In this document: one piece after another, positions 35,336 through 47,640 of the stretch
Position numbering within the stretch: position 1 is the first letter of the stretch
Layout of the letters: each line of letters begins with the position of its first letter
Origin: Podarcis erhardii
Taxonomy: Eukaryota
Assembly (NCBI GenBank): GCA_964252035.1
Contig: OZ176202.1
Length of the DNA: 64,000 nucleotides
Direction: 5' to 3' (one strand)
Made by a program: the position numbers and the translations under genes
Notes under the pieces: model-generated
Databases searched by the model: none
What the model was told of the DNA's origin: nothing
Seen by the model: the letters and a program-made list of their open reading frames with translations, nothing else

Positions 35336-37943
35336 ACTTTACTTGAGGAAGGAAACAATATTAATGAACTTGATTTAACGCAAGATAACCTAGCAAAGGC
35401 CACAGCAACAAACAGAAACCAAGAAACTAGAACAAATTTGCATTGCATCATATAACCTTCTAGATGCTGGTCTTGAATGTATTCAAGGCTGTTTGACATT
35501 TAGTTTGGTGGGGGTCATCCACCTGATGTTTCCCTCATGCAGCACCTCACATTTTTTAAATTGTCCGCCTGGATTTTTCTTGTCCTGGAAAAGTCTGAAA
35601 AGAAGAGGAAAATCAAATCCCAGTTTGCAGTTATCTTCTTACTGGATGTGCTCCTATGGTTTTCTTTCCTTTTCAGATTTACACATTCCCCCAACGTACC
35701 CTGCACCAACCCCTTGCTTCTCACTTCTTTTAATTTCTGCTCCACGCACTGTTGCATCGACTTCTGGTAGTGGTCTACTCATTATGTGCAGGGATTGCAC
35801 AACCCCATTCCTACTTACTGCCCTTAGGCCCACAAAGTTTTAAAAGAAACAAAGATTCCTAGAGAGGAGGGAAATTGGAGGTGGGAAAAGGGTGTTCTCC
35901 AGAGCCAAGTCCCCTCTCCATACAGCTTTGGTGAGATGCTTGCTGTGTGATGGGAGCAAAGATCTTAGAACAAGGCTAGTTTCCCCACCTCTTGATCAGC
36001 CCCACCTTCTCTTTGTGTCAGGAAACTAAGATTTGTGTTTCCTTGGTGGTGGTAAAGCACACAAAACGGTGGCTGTGCCTGGGAAAGCATTCCCACACAA
36101 TTCGGGTGTGTGGGTGTGTATGGCAGTTCTTTCCTTTGCACAGGTGTGAAGAAGGAGGCAGAGGGACATGAGTAAAGGTAAAAATTACTCCTCAGAATGA
36201 GGTCAGCATGGAGGCAATCAAGAAAAGGCAGCGGCTTGGGATCAAAAGCACCCTCTTGCAATTCATGCAAGTCAGAAATGTGGTTTTAAGGCTGCTTAAC
36301 TTGGGATCCTGCCCACTTGTGGACCTGCACATGGTAGCGCCCCAGCTACCCAGCCACATTGTATAGCCTGCCTATGGAAACCTACCGGTTATATAAAAAG
36401 AACTTCTCTGGGAGAGTAATTAAAGAAAAAACTACTTCAATATCTCCTGAGAGCAGAAGCAAAGCAGAACTAACATATTAGAAATATTTCTCCAGCTTCT
36501 ACAACCAGGGAATAATGACTGCCATCCTTTATATAACATCTCTGATGTATTTGACACAAGAAACGGCAAATTAAATTAAAATGGTACAAGGCTTCTGAAA
36601 TGTCTCCCGTTATGCTATGGTAAATTTGTTAAGATAAACTGCATCTTATTAAAATACTTAATTCCAGGATACATTAAAGAAAGAGATATCATTTTCAAAT
36701 ATTTGTAAATAAATATTTATTTGCATTGTTTGTTTTTCCCTCTGTGAAAATGCAATGGGGTTCCCAAGGGTAATTTTAAACCCCATAAACACACCAAAGG
36801 TTTTAGGATGTTAATTAAAACTCAACCCAAAGAAGATGAAGCTGGTGATAGCAGCCTGGAGATATACCTGTTATAAACAATATCAGACACTTGCAGGCCC
36901 AGGCTCCCCTCCCACCTCACTTTCTGGGATAAAATAAAGGACACCACACAATCAGAATGGGGTCAAATCAGGCCACAACTTTATTGGCTACAGATGCAGA
37001 GGTTTTGGCACAGGCAGGCAGCAGATAGGATTCCTTCTGACAGTGCAAGGGGCTCCACCACAATGAAAGTCCCTTCTGCACCCACCTAAAGCACGGGCAG
37101 TGGGCTGAGGTGGTGGAGAGCTCAGTGTAGGGCGGGCATGACAGTGGGAGATTTGTATGTGTTTCACCATAGCACCCAAACACCGCTGTGCTCCTTCCTG
37201 TCTCAGAACTCTTCCTCACCCTCTCAGGAACTGGCAGCAATGTCTGGCATTGGGAAGCTAGGTGAGCAACACAACCCTGCCTGCCTCACCCTGCCAACGA
37301 CCAATGCTTTATTGATGCCTACATCAATATCTGTGCATCCATTGCTGTTACCATAGTGCAAACCTGTGCTGCTTGGCAATCTCTTAAAACGAATGCTACT
37401 TACCATGCGTACATTAAAGCCAGCCAGAGGTTTGGAAAAGGTCCTGTTTTGCTGTTGGCTTGTATTCTGGTTGAAGGGGTTAAAGTTATCTACAGTTGCT
37501 AAGGTACAATATGCCATCTAGGTGCTTTTATTAATTAATTGATGCAAAATCGATTTAACCTAGAACAGCTGTGCAAACGCCAGAGCACACAACTTTGCGT
37601 CAGAAGGACGCTGTTGTTTGTGATGGTATCATGGCCACACATGCCCCCATGGAAATAGGGCTGGAGTGCCAGATGCTTGTTTGTTTTTCATAGTGACCAG
37701 TGCAAATCAGCATTTCCTAAGCGAATCCTTTTCCTTTGCTTGTTTGGAAGATGTTTCTATGCTTTCTCATGGGAAAAATAATGGGGTATAATTTTATTAA
37801 TAAAATTAACTTGCTTCACAAAAGATGCCATGATTTTAGATCCCAGTCAGATAATTTTATAAAGAGATGGTCATGGTTAAGGGACTATTGGAACAATAGG
37901 TTTCAGGACACGATGCAACCTTATATATACATTTTCTCCATGT

Positions 37944-38138
37944 TCATAGAATCAAAGAATTTCTGGGTTTGGAAGGGGTCCCAAACATCATCTAGTCCAA
38001 CCCCCTGCAATGCAGGAATCACAGCGAAAGAATCCCAGACAGATGGCCAGCCAACCTCTGTTTGGAAACCTCCAATGAAGGAGAATCCACCACTTTCCAA
38101 GATAGCCCTTCCACTGTCAAACAGCTCTTACTGTCAGA
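37944..38138 (-). mobile_element. CR1 3' end
   Basis: CATAGAATC..CATCTAGTCCAACCCCCTGC..CCACTGTCAAACAGCTCTTACTGTCAGAA; homologous to 27649. Confidence 0.88.
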
Positions 38139-38170
38139 ATGATCATGTCTTATATCATTTGTGTATGTAT

Positions 38171-38518
38171 CAAAGGTAAAGGGACCCCTGACTGTTAGGT
38201 CCAGTCACGGACAACTTGGGTTGGGGTGCTCATCTCGCTTTATTGGCCGAGGGAGCCGGCATACAGCTTCCAGGTCATGTGGCCAACATGACTAAGCCAC
38301 TTCTGGTGAACCAGAGCAGCACACGGAAATGCCGTTCACCTTCCCGCCAGATTCCTGTGCATCTACTTGCACTTTGATGTGCTTTCGAACAGCTAGATTG
38401 GGAGGAGCAGGGACCAAGCAACGGGAGCTCACCCCGTTGCAGGGATTCGAACTGCTGACCTTCTGATCGGCAAGCCCAAGAGGCTCAGTGGTTTAGACCA
38501 CAGCGCCACACGTGTCCC
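38171..38518 (-). mobile_element. Full-length Sauria SINE with 13-bp TSD
   Basis: TSD TTTGTGTATGTAT at 38158-38170 and 38519-38531. Confidence 0.96.
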
Positions 38519-38614
38519 TTTGTGTATGTATAAGTGCATCTAATTCTTTCTTTTCATTTTACATACTTTCATCTATACATTATTATTTTTAATTTATAAA
38601 ATTAGATATATATG

Positions 38615-38839
38615 CAGCGGTACATCAGGTTAAGAATTTAATTCGTTATACAGGTCTGTTCTTAACCTGAGGTACCACTTTAGCTAATGGGGCCTCCCGC
38701 TGCTGCTGCGCTGCCACCGCGCAATTTCTGTTCTCATCCTAAAGCAGAGTTCTTAAACTAAGGTACTACTTCCGGGTTAGCGGAATCTGTAACCTGAAGT
38801 GTCTGTAACCTGAAGCGTCTGTAACCCAAGGTGCCACTG
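38615..38839. mobile_element. Tc1/mariner MITE (same family as 29669)
   Basis: CAGCGGTACATCAGGTTAAG...GTAACCCAAGGTGCCACTG followed by TA; shared TTAGCTAATGGGGCCTCCC interior. Confidence 0.9.
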
Positions 38840-38967
38840 TATGTGGGTCAAGTCTTGTTGTGCAGGCTATGCATCCTAAAAACAAAAACAAAAAATGAAT
38901 CTTTCCCTTTTCAGTTAATTTCTTTTCCATTTCATACCAGTGTACTTTTGTGCAGCCATGAAGCAAG

Positions 38968-39085
38968 ATAATGGCTCAGTGATGGAGACCATGATTTGCA
39001 TTCAAAGTATTTAGGTTTAGTCCTTGGCATCTCCAGCTGAAAGGATTAGGGGAAACAGATGGTATGAAAGGCCTCTGCCAGAGAA
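38968..39085 (+). mobile_element. tRNA-derived SINE, partial
   Basis: GGCTCAGTGATGGAG..TTTGCAT..GGTTTAGTCCTTGGCATCTCCAG head. Confidence 0.55.
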
Positions 39086-39122
39086 CACGGGAAGGATGGG
39101 AAATAATGCCATTTTGGGTTCC

Positions 39123-39509
39123 TCAACTTTCCACTCTCCAGTTCAGATATCTACATTTCCACATCAGTTTGCGATGATTTCTTTTTTAAAAGTCCTCATG
39201 AAAATTCACCAGCATTTTGCTGTAAATTCCAAAATTAGTTTTGTGTAGTTTTGCCAAATATATGCACATCTGCAACCAATATGCATGTTTGTGTTGTTGT
39301 CACTAATATATGTGATGTAATATACACACTTCAGCATAAAATGTGCATTTCTGCAAACATCATTTAGCTAGACAACTGCACTGCAAAATTCATGGAAGTG
39401 TGAATTTCAAAGGATGGTTGTGTTTCTGTTTGCATCTTCTTTTGCAAAGGGTGAATTAGGTAAGTTCACATTTAATTGTGAAGTGAAATGTGTGTATCCC
39501 CCACCCCTA
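39123..39509 (-). mobile_element. Old ~400-bp DNA-element family copy
   Basis: CATTTCCACATCAGTTTGCG, GTCCTCATGAAAATTCACCAGC and AAGGATGGTTGTGTTTC blocks; ends CCCACCCCTA. Confidence 0.7.
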
Positions 39510-40037
39510 GTCTCTGGTGAGTCACTGTCAGTCAGAGCAGATAAAACTGTGCTAGGTGGACAATTACTCTGATTTGGAATAAAGTAGCTTACTGTGTTCA
39601 AGCTTCCATGACATTGTAATCTCCAGCCAATGAATATAGAGCAATAGAACTGGAGAAGAACTATCCTGGGATTCTGGAGAACTGCTGGCAGAAAGGTTCT
39701 CACTGTATAGACCTAGATGTACATGCCTGACTTGACTCAGACCAATGCAGAATTGCATTGTGAAATGGCTTCAGGGTGCTTCATAGGAAGCAGTTCATAA
39801 ATGAATTTAACAAGAAGAATATAGTGCTTTGGTTTTTGCCAAACTTCTGAACTTCTAAATCTAAATGTATGAAGGGAAACTGGTTCAAATACAAGTAAAC
39901 TACGAAAGCAGCAGGCGGAAGCTAGCAATAAAAAGGGGTTTTCCCAGTTACAGACGCATTCCAATAAATGGCTTTCAAGAAGGAAGTAACCTTTAAAATC
40001 AAACTTTTAAAACAATGAATACCCTGTCAACTTAAGG

Positions 40038-40335
40038 ACACAAGAAAAGCCTGCTGGATCAGGCCAAGGCTTATCTGCTCCAGCATCCTGTTATCACAGT
40101 GACCAACCAGATGTCTGTGAGTTGGCCACAAGGAGGACATGAGTGCATTAGCACTCTGCCCAGCTGCAATTTTCAGCAACTGGCATTCAAAGGCATAATA
40201 CCTCTGGCAGTGGAGGTAGAATGTAGCCATGGTGGCTGGTAGCAATTGATAGCCCTCTTCTCCATGAACTTGTCTCTTTTAAAGCCATTCAAGTTGGTGA
40301 CTATCACTGTGTCCCGTGGGAGCAACTACCACAGG
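40038..40335 (-). mobile_element. CR1-type 3' end (older squamate subfamily)
   Basis: AAGAAAAGCCTGCTGGATCAGGCCAAGG..TCCAGCATCCTGTT..CACAGTG terminus. Confidence 0.75.
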
Positions 40336-40746
40336 TTAACGATCCAGTTAGGAATGGGGAGAGGGTACATAAATGTTGCACCCCAGTGCATGTAGTGCCC
40401 ATTACCTCTGATAGTATTTATTACTCCCAGCCCTGAAAACTATCTTCCAAACCAGCAGTGCCTACAGTAGTGACAGCAAGAAGCCAGGTGAACTGAGAAT
40501 AAGACTCTGAAAAATGTTCACCCCCAGTTTCCCTTTGCTACCACCTTTTAGTCACATGAAATCATTCTTTGATACCACAGACAGTGCTGGGTCTTCCAAT
40601 TTGGCTATTGTGATAGCAGTGTCATCATCTGGTTGAACCATATTGAGAACTATCATGGTTGACCATGGTATACAGATCATCATCATAATCATCATCTAGT
40701 AAGAAAAAGTAATTATTTGAGGGGAAAGGAGAACATGCCCGTAATT

Positions 40747-40871
40747 CAAGTATGGGAAAACTTTGGCTCCTCAGATATTGCTGATCTACAACTCCCATCA
40801 AGCCCAGCACATATAACTGACAGCCAGGGTGGTGGTTCACAACCTCTAGAGGGCCACAGGCTCCCATACCT
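40747..40871. mobile_element. hAT-type palindromic MITE (degenerate)
   Basis: CAGATATTGCTGATCTACAACTCCCATCA..CTCTAGAGGGCCACAGG; related to 33981. Confidence 0.6.
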
Positions 40872-41488
40872 TCCTTAATTTTTTAAATCTTGTTGATGAG
40901 TGTTAAGGCATCAGTTAAGTATCAGCTTACCAAATCAAATATTTTCATACATTTTATTAACTCCTTCTCCAAATTCAAAAGTATATATAAACCTTTGTTA
41001 GAACTGATGCATTCCTTTGTGTTGAACATGACTGAAAATAAAATAAGAAAAATATGTTTTTTAAAAAACAGCAAAGATGGCTAATAAAAGCATAATACAT
41101 ACAACAAAGCTCAGATGATGATGATGATTTTGCCGACCACATATGTTCCAAGGCAATTCACAAAATAGATAATGTTAACACACTGAGCTAAGACCAATCA
41201 AGTCATGGTTATTGTGAAAGAAAATGAAACTTTAAAGGAGGCAGACAGAAGAACAAAATTAAAAGCACAGCAGTAATAAAATGGTGGAATGGGGAATTAA
41301 GGGAGTACCTGCTCTTCTGTTCAAAAAAGAAAACGAAAAAGTAGAAGAGTAAAAAAATAATGGTCACACATATTTAAAAGAATTGGAAGCATGTGTGTGC
41401 TTCATATTATGATATTCCATTGAACCAGAAAGGTATCGTATGGAATCTTTTTTTATTAAATGTATGAGACATGCCACCTAATCCTGTA

Positions 41489-41730
41489 CAGTGGTACCTC
41501 GGGTTACAGACGCTTCAGGTTACAGACACTTTAGGTTACAGACTCTGCTAACCCAGAAATAGTACCTCGGGTTAAGAACTTTGCTTCAGGATGAGAACAG
41601 AAATCGTGCTCCGGCGGCGTGGCGGCAGCGGGAGACCCCATTAGCTAAAGTGGCACTTCAGGTTAAGAACAGTTTCAGGTTAAGAACAGATCTCCGGAAT
41701 GAATTAAGTACTTAACCCGAGGTACCACTG
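41489..41730. mobile_element. Tc1/mariner MITE, 242 bp, opposite orientation to 29669 and 38615
   Basis: Near-perfect TIRs CAGTGGTACCTCGGGTTA / TAACCCGAGGTACCACTG; TA TSD at 41487-41488 and 41731-41732. Confidence 0.95.
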
Positions 41731-41732
41731 TA

Positions 41733-41860
41733 CATGCTTACTAAGAAGTTACCCTACTGAGTTCAGTAGGATTTCCTCCCAAGTAAGTCTGTGATCCTAA
41801 AAACACTTATAAGAAAGGAGGCCCCAGTGAATTCAACGGAAGTAAACAGGCATGAGATTG
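41733..41860. mobile_element. Older palindromic repeat (CTTACT..GAAGT..ACTGAGTTCAGT..AAGTAAG family) hosting the MITE
   Basis: Same motif family as 58780-58972; its first bases (AATCCTGTA) lie 5' of the MITE. Confidence 0.55.
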
Positions 41861-42321
41861 TATTATTAGTTGAATGTAGAATGGCAGCCGTGAGTCATGG
41901 CCACAGCTGATGGTGAAGTTGAAGTGATGCTAAACCCTGCAGAGAATTAAGCATGATCTTCAGGAGAACAGCCTATCTATATGAGCAAGAATTCAGATGG
42001 GAGAATTTGCACAGAAATTGTGTAATAGGCTATGTGGTAAGTTGAGTCATCTGTAATGACTTGTTCCACACAAATATTTTGCAGTCATGTTAGAAAAAAT
42101 GTCACTCATGCTGCATTGATGTCTATACCACTCTGAAGACAAGGTTCTGTCATTCCTTATTTCCTCCTTATTTTTGATTATGCCAAAATAATATTGTCTG
42201 GGTTAATAGTGTCCTGAATTTTTCTTCTGGTTTCTTCCCTCACTCTCAATCATGTCAATGAATGAGAAAGAAATTGACTTTGAAAAAGGTCCAACACTGG
42301 GGGGAAATAAGTGAAATTGGA

Positions 42322-42745
42322 GATGGGGGACAAATTTCAGTTCAATTCAAATTTTAATGTGAATCTGCCTTGTTCAGTGCATTCAGGAAAAGAATGCACT
42401 AAAATGCTGACAAGTTCCAATGAGAATTCTTAAAAAACAAAAAAACAAAACACAAACTGATGCAAAAAAAATATGGAAAAATGAGAAACTGAGAGAATCT
42501 GCAATTTCTGCCAATGTACAAATTTTTGTTTGCAATTTTGCCTAATATAAAGATTTTTGGGAAACAATTTCCCCATATGTATTAATTTTTGTACATATTA
42601 CTTGGGTATAGAACTGTGTTGCAAAAGTCAGAGAAGTGAGAATTTTTAAGAATGGTTTGTTTCAGTTCACAAGTTGTTTTGGAAAGTGTGGCAGTCGGTG
42701 GGTTTGTCTTGAAATGCAAACAAATCAAAATTCTCCTCTGTCCAT
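42322..42745. mobile_element. Two opposed partial copies of the old ~400-bp family
   Basis: Plus-strand head and 3' blocks at 42322-42500; minus-strand blocks at 42500-42745. Confidence 0.55.
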
Positions 42746-45334
42746 AGTTCAAACTGAACTTCTATAACAGTTCTAAAGAAATTATATAACTCTTGGTGAA
42801 GACAGGTGACTCTTTCATGAGAGGGGAAAATAAAACATTTGAGAAATTAGAGGGCATATTTTAGCAACTAGTCCAGGCTATATGTGTTGTCATTATTATA
42901 TGGTATATGGTTATCTTCTGGCCTTATGCCTTATTTTTAGGCTATTCAGTGGATGGAAAAGCTAAGCCAACATTGTGGAAAGCCTAGACATAAATCTGTT
43001 ATGTTATTGTAAGAAGCCACCAGTGATTTCTTTTTGCTGACATAATAGTGATTAAGATTGGGATCTAATGAATATTGTATATCATTTCCATTCTACTTTT
43101 TTATTATAGAATCACACCCCTATGCTGAAGATGCTGACTAGGTTTCCTGTTTGCCACACTGTTTATTTCCCATGTCTTAACTAATTCTTTTTGTGCCTGC
43201 TTTTTGCAATCAACTGTTCAATGACCTCGATACAAATATTTGTGCTGGGGCAGCAATCTCACAAATCAACACACCATTAATAGCCAAGTCTACTCCTTTT
43301 ACTGAAAATTCTCTGGTGAGTTAATGCCTTTATGGTACATCCAAAAAATAGACGTTTTGGGAATTGCATGGGTCCCTGATTTCCATCAGCCCAGGGCCCC
43401 AAATGGGCTGATCCTGTGCCATTCACACCGGACTGGGCTGATTCTCACATGCACATTCAACACTTAAGCAGTTAAAACTTGGATCTCAGCCAAATGGTTT
43501 TACCCAATATCTTGAAAAATATTGTGTTTTGAATTTATATCATGAAAGCCAAGATGTAGAACTTGGTTGCTGGATAAAGCCTCTCCTCCTACCAGAGGGG
43601 AGGAGTTGTGAGCGGGAGGCAGTTCCCATGTCTGCAGGGGGGCGTATTCGACTCCCTACGTCAGTTCCCAGCTGCTGCACCATGCCCATTAGCCAGACAA
43701 TAGGGCTGGCTTGGGGGCTGCGTTTTTCCGCACTCAAGCAGTTGTGGCAGCACCGTGCCCTTATTCTGCTGCATGATGACTGAGACACCAGAGAGCTGCT
43801 ACTCATCTGAGGAAAATGAGCAAGTAGTCTTAACACTGAACATTATCCTGCAGCTGGTATAAAACAACTTCCTATGATTTCAGATGTTTTGTAGGGTGAG
43901 GTTTCAAAATAGCATACAGAATGGTTGAATCCACTAGTCAGCCAAGTGTATAAACTGGAATTGTTCAGTTACCATCAATGACAAATTATATCATTTTCAA
44001 GATTCGAAGAGATCCCCACATTTATTTATTCATTTATTTGCATTGGTTAATTGCTTCCCATTAAATATCTCAAAGCAATTTCACAACAGCAACATCAGCA
44101 ATAATACAAAAACTATGATAAATAAAAGGTTTTAGAGGTAAAAACAGTTAAAATAGCTTCATATGTAAAAATGATTTGAATGTTTTGTAGATAGAATGGC
44201 AGTATCTTCACCTCAGGGATTTCAAACATTTGTTTGTAACTGTGGAATGTCTTGGTGTATCCTGTTTTAGTTAGGATCTAGATCTCCTTGAGAAGGAAAA
44301 GCCATGGGAATGGCTTGCTGATTGGACCTGAACCCTATCACACCATGAAGCACATTATATTTGGTTAAACACTGGAAGATATGCAAACTAAAGTAATGTT
44401 AGCAGGAGAGGGGGGGTTGGGGGGTTTAGGTTCAGATGAAGGGCAGCAACCATCATTGTCAGAGCTCCCTGAAAACAAACTCAGCGGTCCTGAAACATGC
44501 AAAAGCAGTGCCGCTAGCAACAGCAAAACTGACACACCCCGTGGGCCACATTTAACACTTGGTAATGGTTCACAGAACCCTCAGGTGTACAAGGCAAATG
44601 AGGCATTGCAAAGGAAGGCGATGAAAACATGCCACACTGACATGAAGCAGAACTCCTAGGGAAATTGCAGAAATACCAAATCACTTGGCCCGATTAGATC
44701 CGGTTATCACTACATAACCTAAGCCCCATTACTGACGGATCAATGCCACTGACAAATAGTTGATTTTTTATTCGTACTGAGATGGGCTCACAAATGTCTG
44801 CTGTAAGAACCAGGCAGCAAATAATTTTTATTTTTATTTTGCAAGCAATGTTTCATTAACCACAAGACAGGAATAACATTTTTTTTTTCTTCTTCCCCTC
44901 TCTGACTGCCACTCCCCAACCATGAAAATCAAATTATACACATATGGATTGGTTAAGTTAGTGCTTTTCAAACTCTGGTAGCAGCTGGAGTTTAAAAGTT
45001 GTCATCATTGTGCCAGACTAACTGACAGGGCACTGATCCTATACTGATCCTATTCCTTATAGTTTGCATAGACTGAAACCCCCTGTTCCTTTGTTGGATG
45101 AAATCGAGGATGAATGCATTCGTATCTAACTCATACTTCATGAGATGGATGTCTTCTTTCTCTCCCAGAGTGCCTCTTCAAGGCTATTTTCCACAGTAAT
45201 TGGGATGTATCCAGCCAAGTCATAGAAAGAACCCACTGAAATTAAGATGTCTATTGATTTCAAAGAGTGTACTCTGAATATGACTAGTGCTTAATGCATC
45301 TCACGTTTTGGAGGCAATTTATATAATTGGAAGT

Positions 45335-45512
45335 GGGAAGAACCAGCTCCATGGTAGAGCATCAGCTTTGCAAGTAGAAGGTCCCTGGTTCAATCCAGGT
45401 AGGGCTTGGATATACTTCCTATTTGAAACCGTGGAGAGTTGATGCCAGTCATTGTAGACAAAAGATGAACCATTGGTTTGGTTTGATTCAATGTAAGGCA
45501 GCTTCCTATATG
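45335..45512 (+). mobile_element. tRNA-derived squamate SINE
   Basis: GGTAGAGCATCAGCTTTGC..GGTTCAATCC head, GGAGAGTTGATGCCAGTC body and TAAGGCAGCTTCCTAT end. Confidence 0.75.
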
Positions 45513-45566
45513 TGCAGCATTATTATTGTTGTGACTGGACAACATTTAACTCAGATGACAGCAGTA

Positions 45567-45569
<3 letters not shown>

Positions 45570-45606
<37 letters not shown>
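45570..45606. repeat. (CA)n microsatellite
   Basis: Read directly. Confidence 0.95.
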
Positions 45607-45607
<1 letters not shown>

Positions 45608-45948
45608 AGACAGCACTATTTGGGGCTCCCCCTCTTTCCTCAATTTGCTACCAAGGACTGCAGTCTATTAACCCTTATGCAATGGGGTAGAATCCCACTC
45701 AATGCCCCAGTGGTGCTGCAGTCATTAATGTGGTGAGTCGACATGTCAGATCACCCATATTTCCCCCCATAGTACAACAATACAGATATCAGATCATACA
45801 ACACAACAATGTCAGATCACAGAATCGTAGACTCATACAACTGCATTATTATTATTTCTTAAATTTATATACCACCCTGCATCAAAAGATCTCAAGGCAG
45901 TTCACAGAATAAAACACAGGATAAAACACAAGTAAATGATTAAACCAA

Positions 45949-46296
45949 AGGAGACTCTTGAGAGTCCCATGGACTGCAAGAAGATCAAACGTATCCATTC
46001 TTAAGGAAATCAGCCCTGAGTGCTCACTGGAAGGACAGATCCTGAAGCTGAGGCTCCAATACTTTGGCCACCTCATGAGAAGAGAAGACTCCCTGGAAAA
46101 GACCCTGATGTTGGGAAAGATGGAGGGCACAAGGAGAAGGGGCCAACAGAGGACAAGATGGTTGGATAGTGTTCTCGAAGCTACCAGCATGAGTTTGACC
46201 AAACTGCGGGAGGCAGTGGAAGACAAAAGTGCCTGGCGTGCTCTGGTCCATGGGGTCATGAAGAGTCAGACACGACTAAACGACTAAACAACAACA
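45949..46296 (+). mobile_element. BovB (RTE) LINE, 5'-truncated 3' end
   Basis: Translates RVPWTARRSNVSILKEISPECSLEGQILKLRLQYFGHLMRREDSLEKTLMLGK...KSQTRLND; (CAA)n tail. Confidence 0.96.
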
Positions 46297-47640
46297 CTAA
46301 AAAATACCCCCCCCCCCTGTAGTATTGGAAGGACCCTGAGGGTCCTTAACCTGTGAGAGCATAAATGCACATGAAGGCCCTCACTTGATTCACACAGTCA
46401 GTGGTGTGAAAGAGATGGTTCATAGATGATGGAGACCAGTGTGAGATGGCTAGTTTTGTGGGTAGACTTCCTGGTGTTGATACGGGCATTTCCTTATGGG
46501 GGAGGACAATTTTCAGGTGACTGGCTGCTGTCTGTAGTTTTATTTACCATGCAACCACAATATTGCGGTTACATCAGAGTGATTAGTTGACCCTTTTGAT
46601 TTATTTTTGCATGGAATACACATTTTAAAAACTCCATTTTCGTTTTAATCTTCATAAGCACACCCCTCATCAGAGGTGCCCCTTTGGTATATATCCAAAC
46701 TGAAAACTGCTGCCACTCTTTAAACAGTATAGATGAGAATTCCCTCAGCTGTTGATGCAGATGGTATTGATTTCTTGGAGCTCAACGGGAGAAGGGGAAC
46801 TGTGCCTCTCTCTATGCCATGTGAATGTTCCGTGTATGTGTTTACAATAAAGCGAGGCCAAGGGCTTTTTTAGGAGTGAAACAGAAGATTAATAAACTCC
46901 CGAAAACAGTAGCAGAAAGCTGATCCTTCTGTTATGCAAGTGCTCCCAGGTACTTGAATTTGAAGCTGGAGTTATTTGCCTTTTGTAGGTACATTCATCA
47001 TTTCTCTGTGTGGCTTGACAGCTACATCAAATGCATTTAAAGGGCCGGAAAATAAACTCGCATATCCTTTAAAGAAAGACACAGCAGAAGGTAATTTACC
47101 GTCTCTGTGTGCAGCTGCTCCGGTAAGGAGTACAACTATTGTCGATACAGCTTGAAATTAACCATTTGCCTTCGTTTTGCAACTCTTGAATCAAAGTGTA
47201 TGAGCCAGCTGACTGATCGCTTAAGGGCAGAAACACACAATCCAGTCGTATCTTTGCCTTAGCAGAAGGCAATTCTGCTTTGCATGCAGTTTTCTATGAT
47301 TCCTCCCTACCTGTTTGAACCCCTGATCTCTCTCACCCCACAAGCAAGTGGCTTCTGAAGGTAGGGATGGATTTGCCCGTTTGAGTTCCCACTGATGCTC
47401 ACTTTTCCAGTCTTAAATCCACATTTCTGCAGCATTTTGAAAATGCATCAGTATCATTGCCTTACTCACTAAAGTTGTGATGGTTGCTATGAAGCAGGTG
47501 AAAAACCTGGACAAAATATAAGTTTTTGTGACTGGACATCAGACAGACACTATGATAGCAGAAGTAGCTCTATGTACTAAATATCATTCTGTTCCACAGC
47601 CCTCCGTTGCTTACCCACTACCAAAAATAAAATAAAATCC

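Noticed and set aside
36388-36400. TATATAAAAAG TATA box
   Set aside because: No CpG island, initiator context or downstream exon; such hits are common in AT-rich DNA.
44381-44659. 92-aa ORF as a host coding exon
   Set aside because: No recognisable protein or clear splice boundaries; kept only as a possible non-coding conserved block.
45335-45400. Possible tRNA genes (also at 19047, 38968, 52453)
   Set aside because: No complete cloverleaf or terminator; each continues into SINE body sequence.
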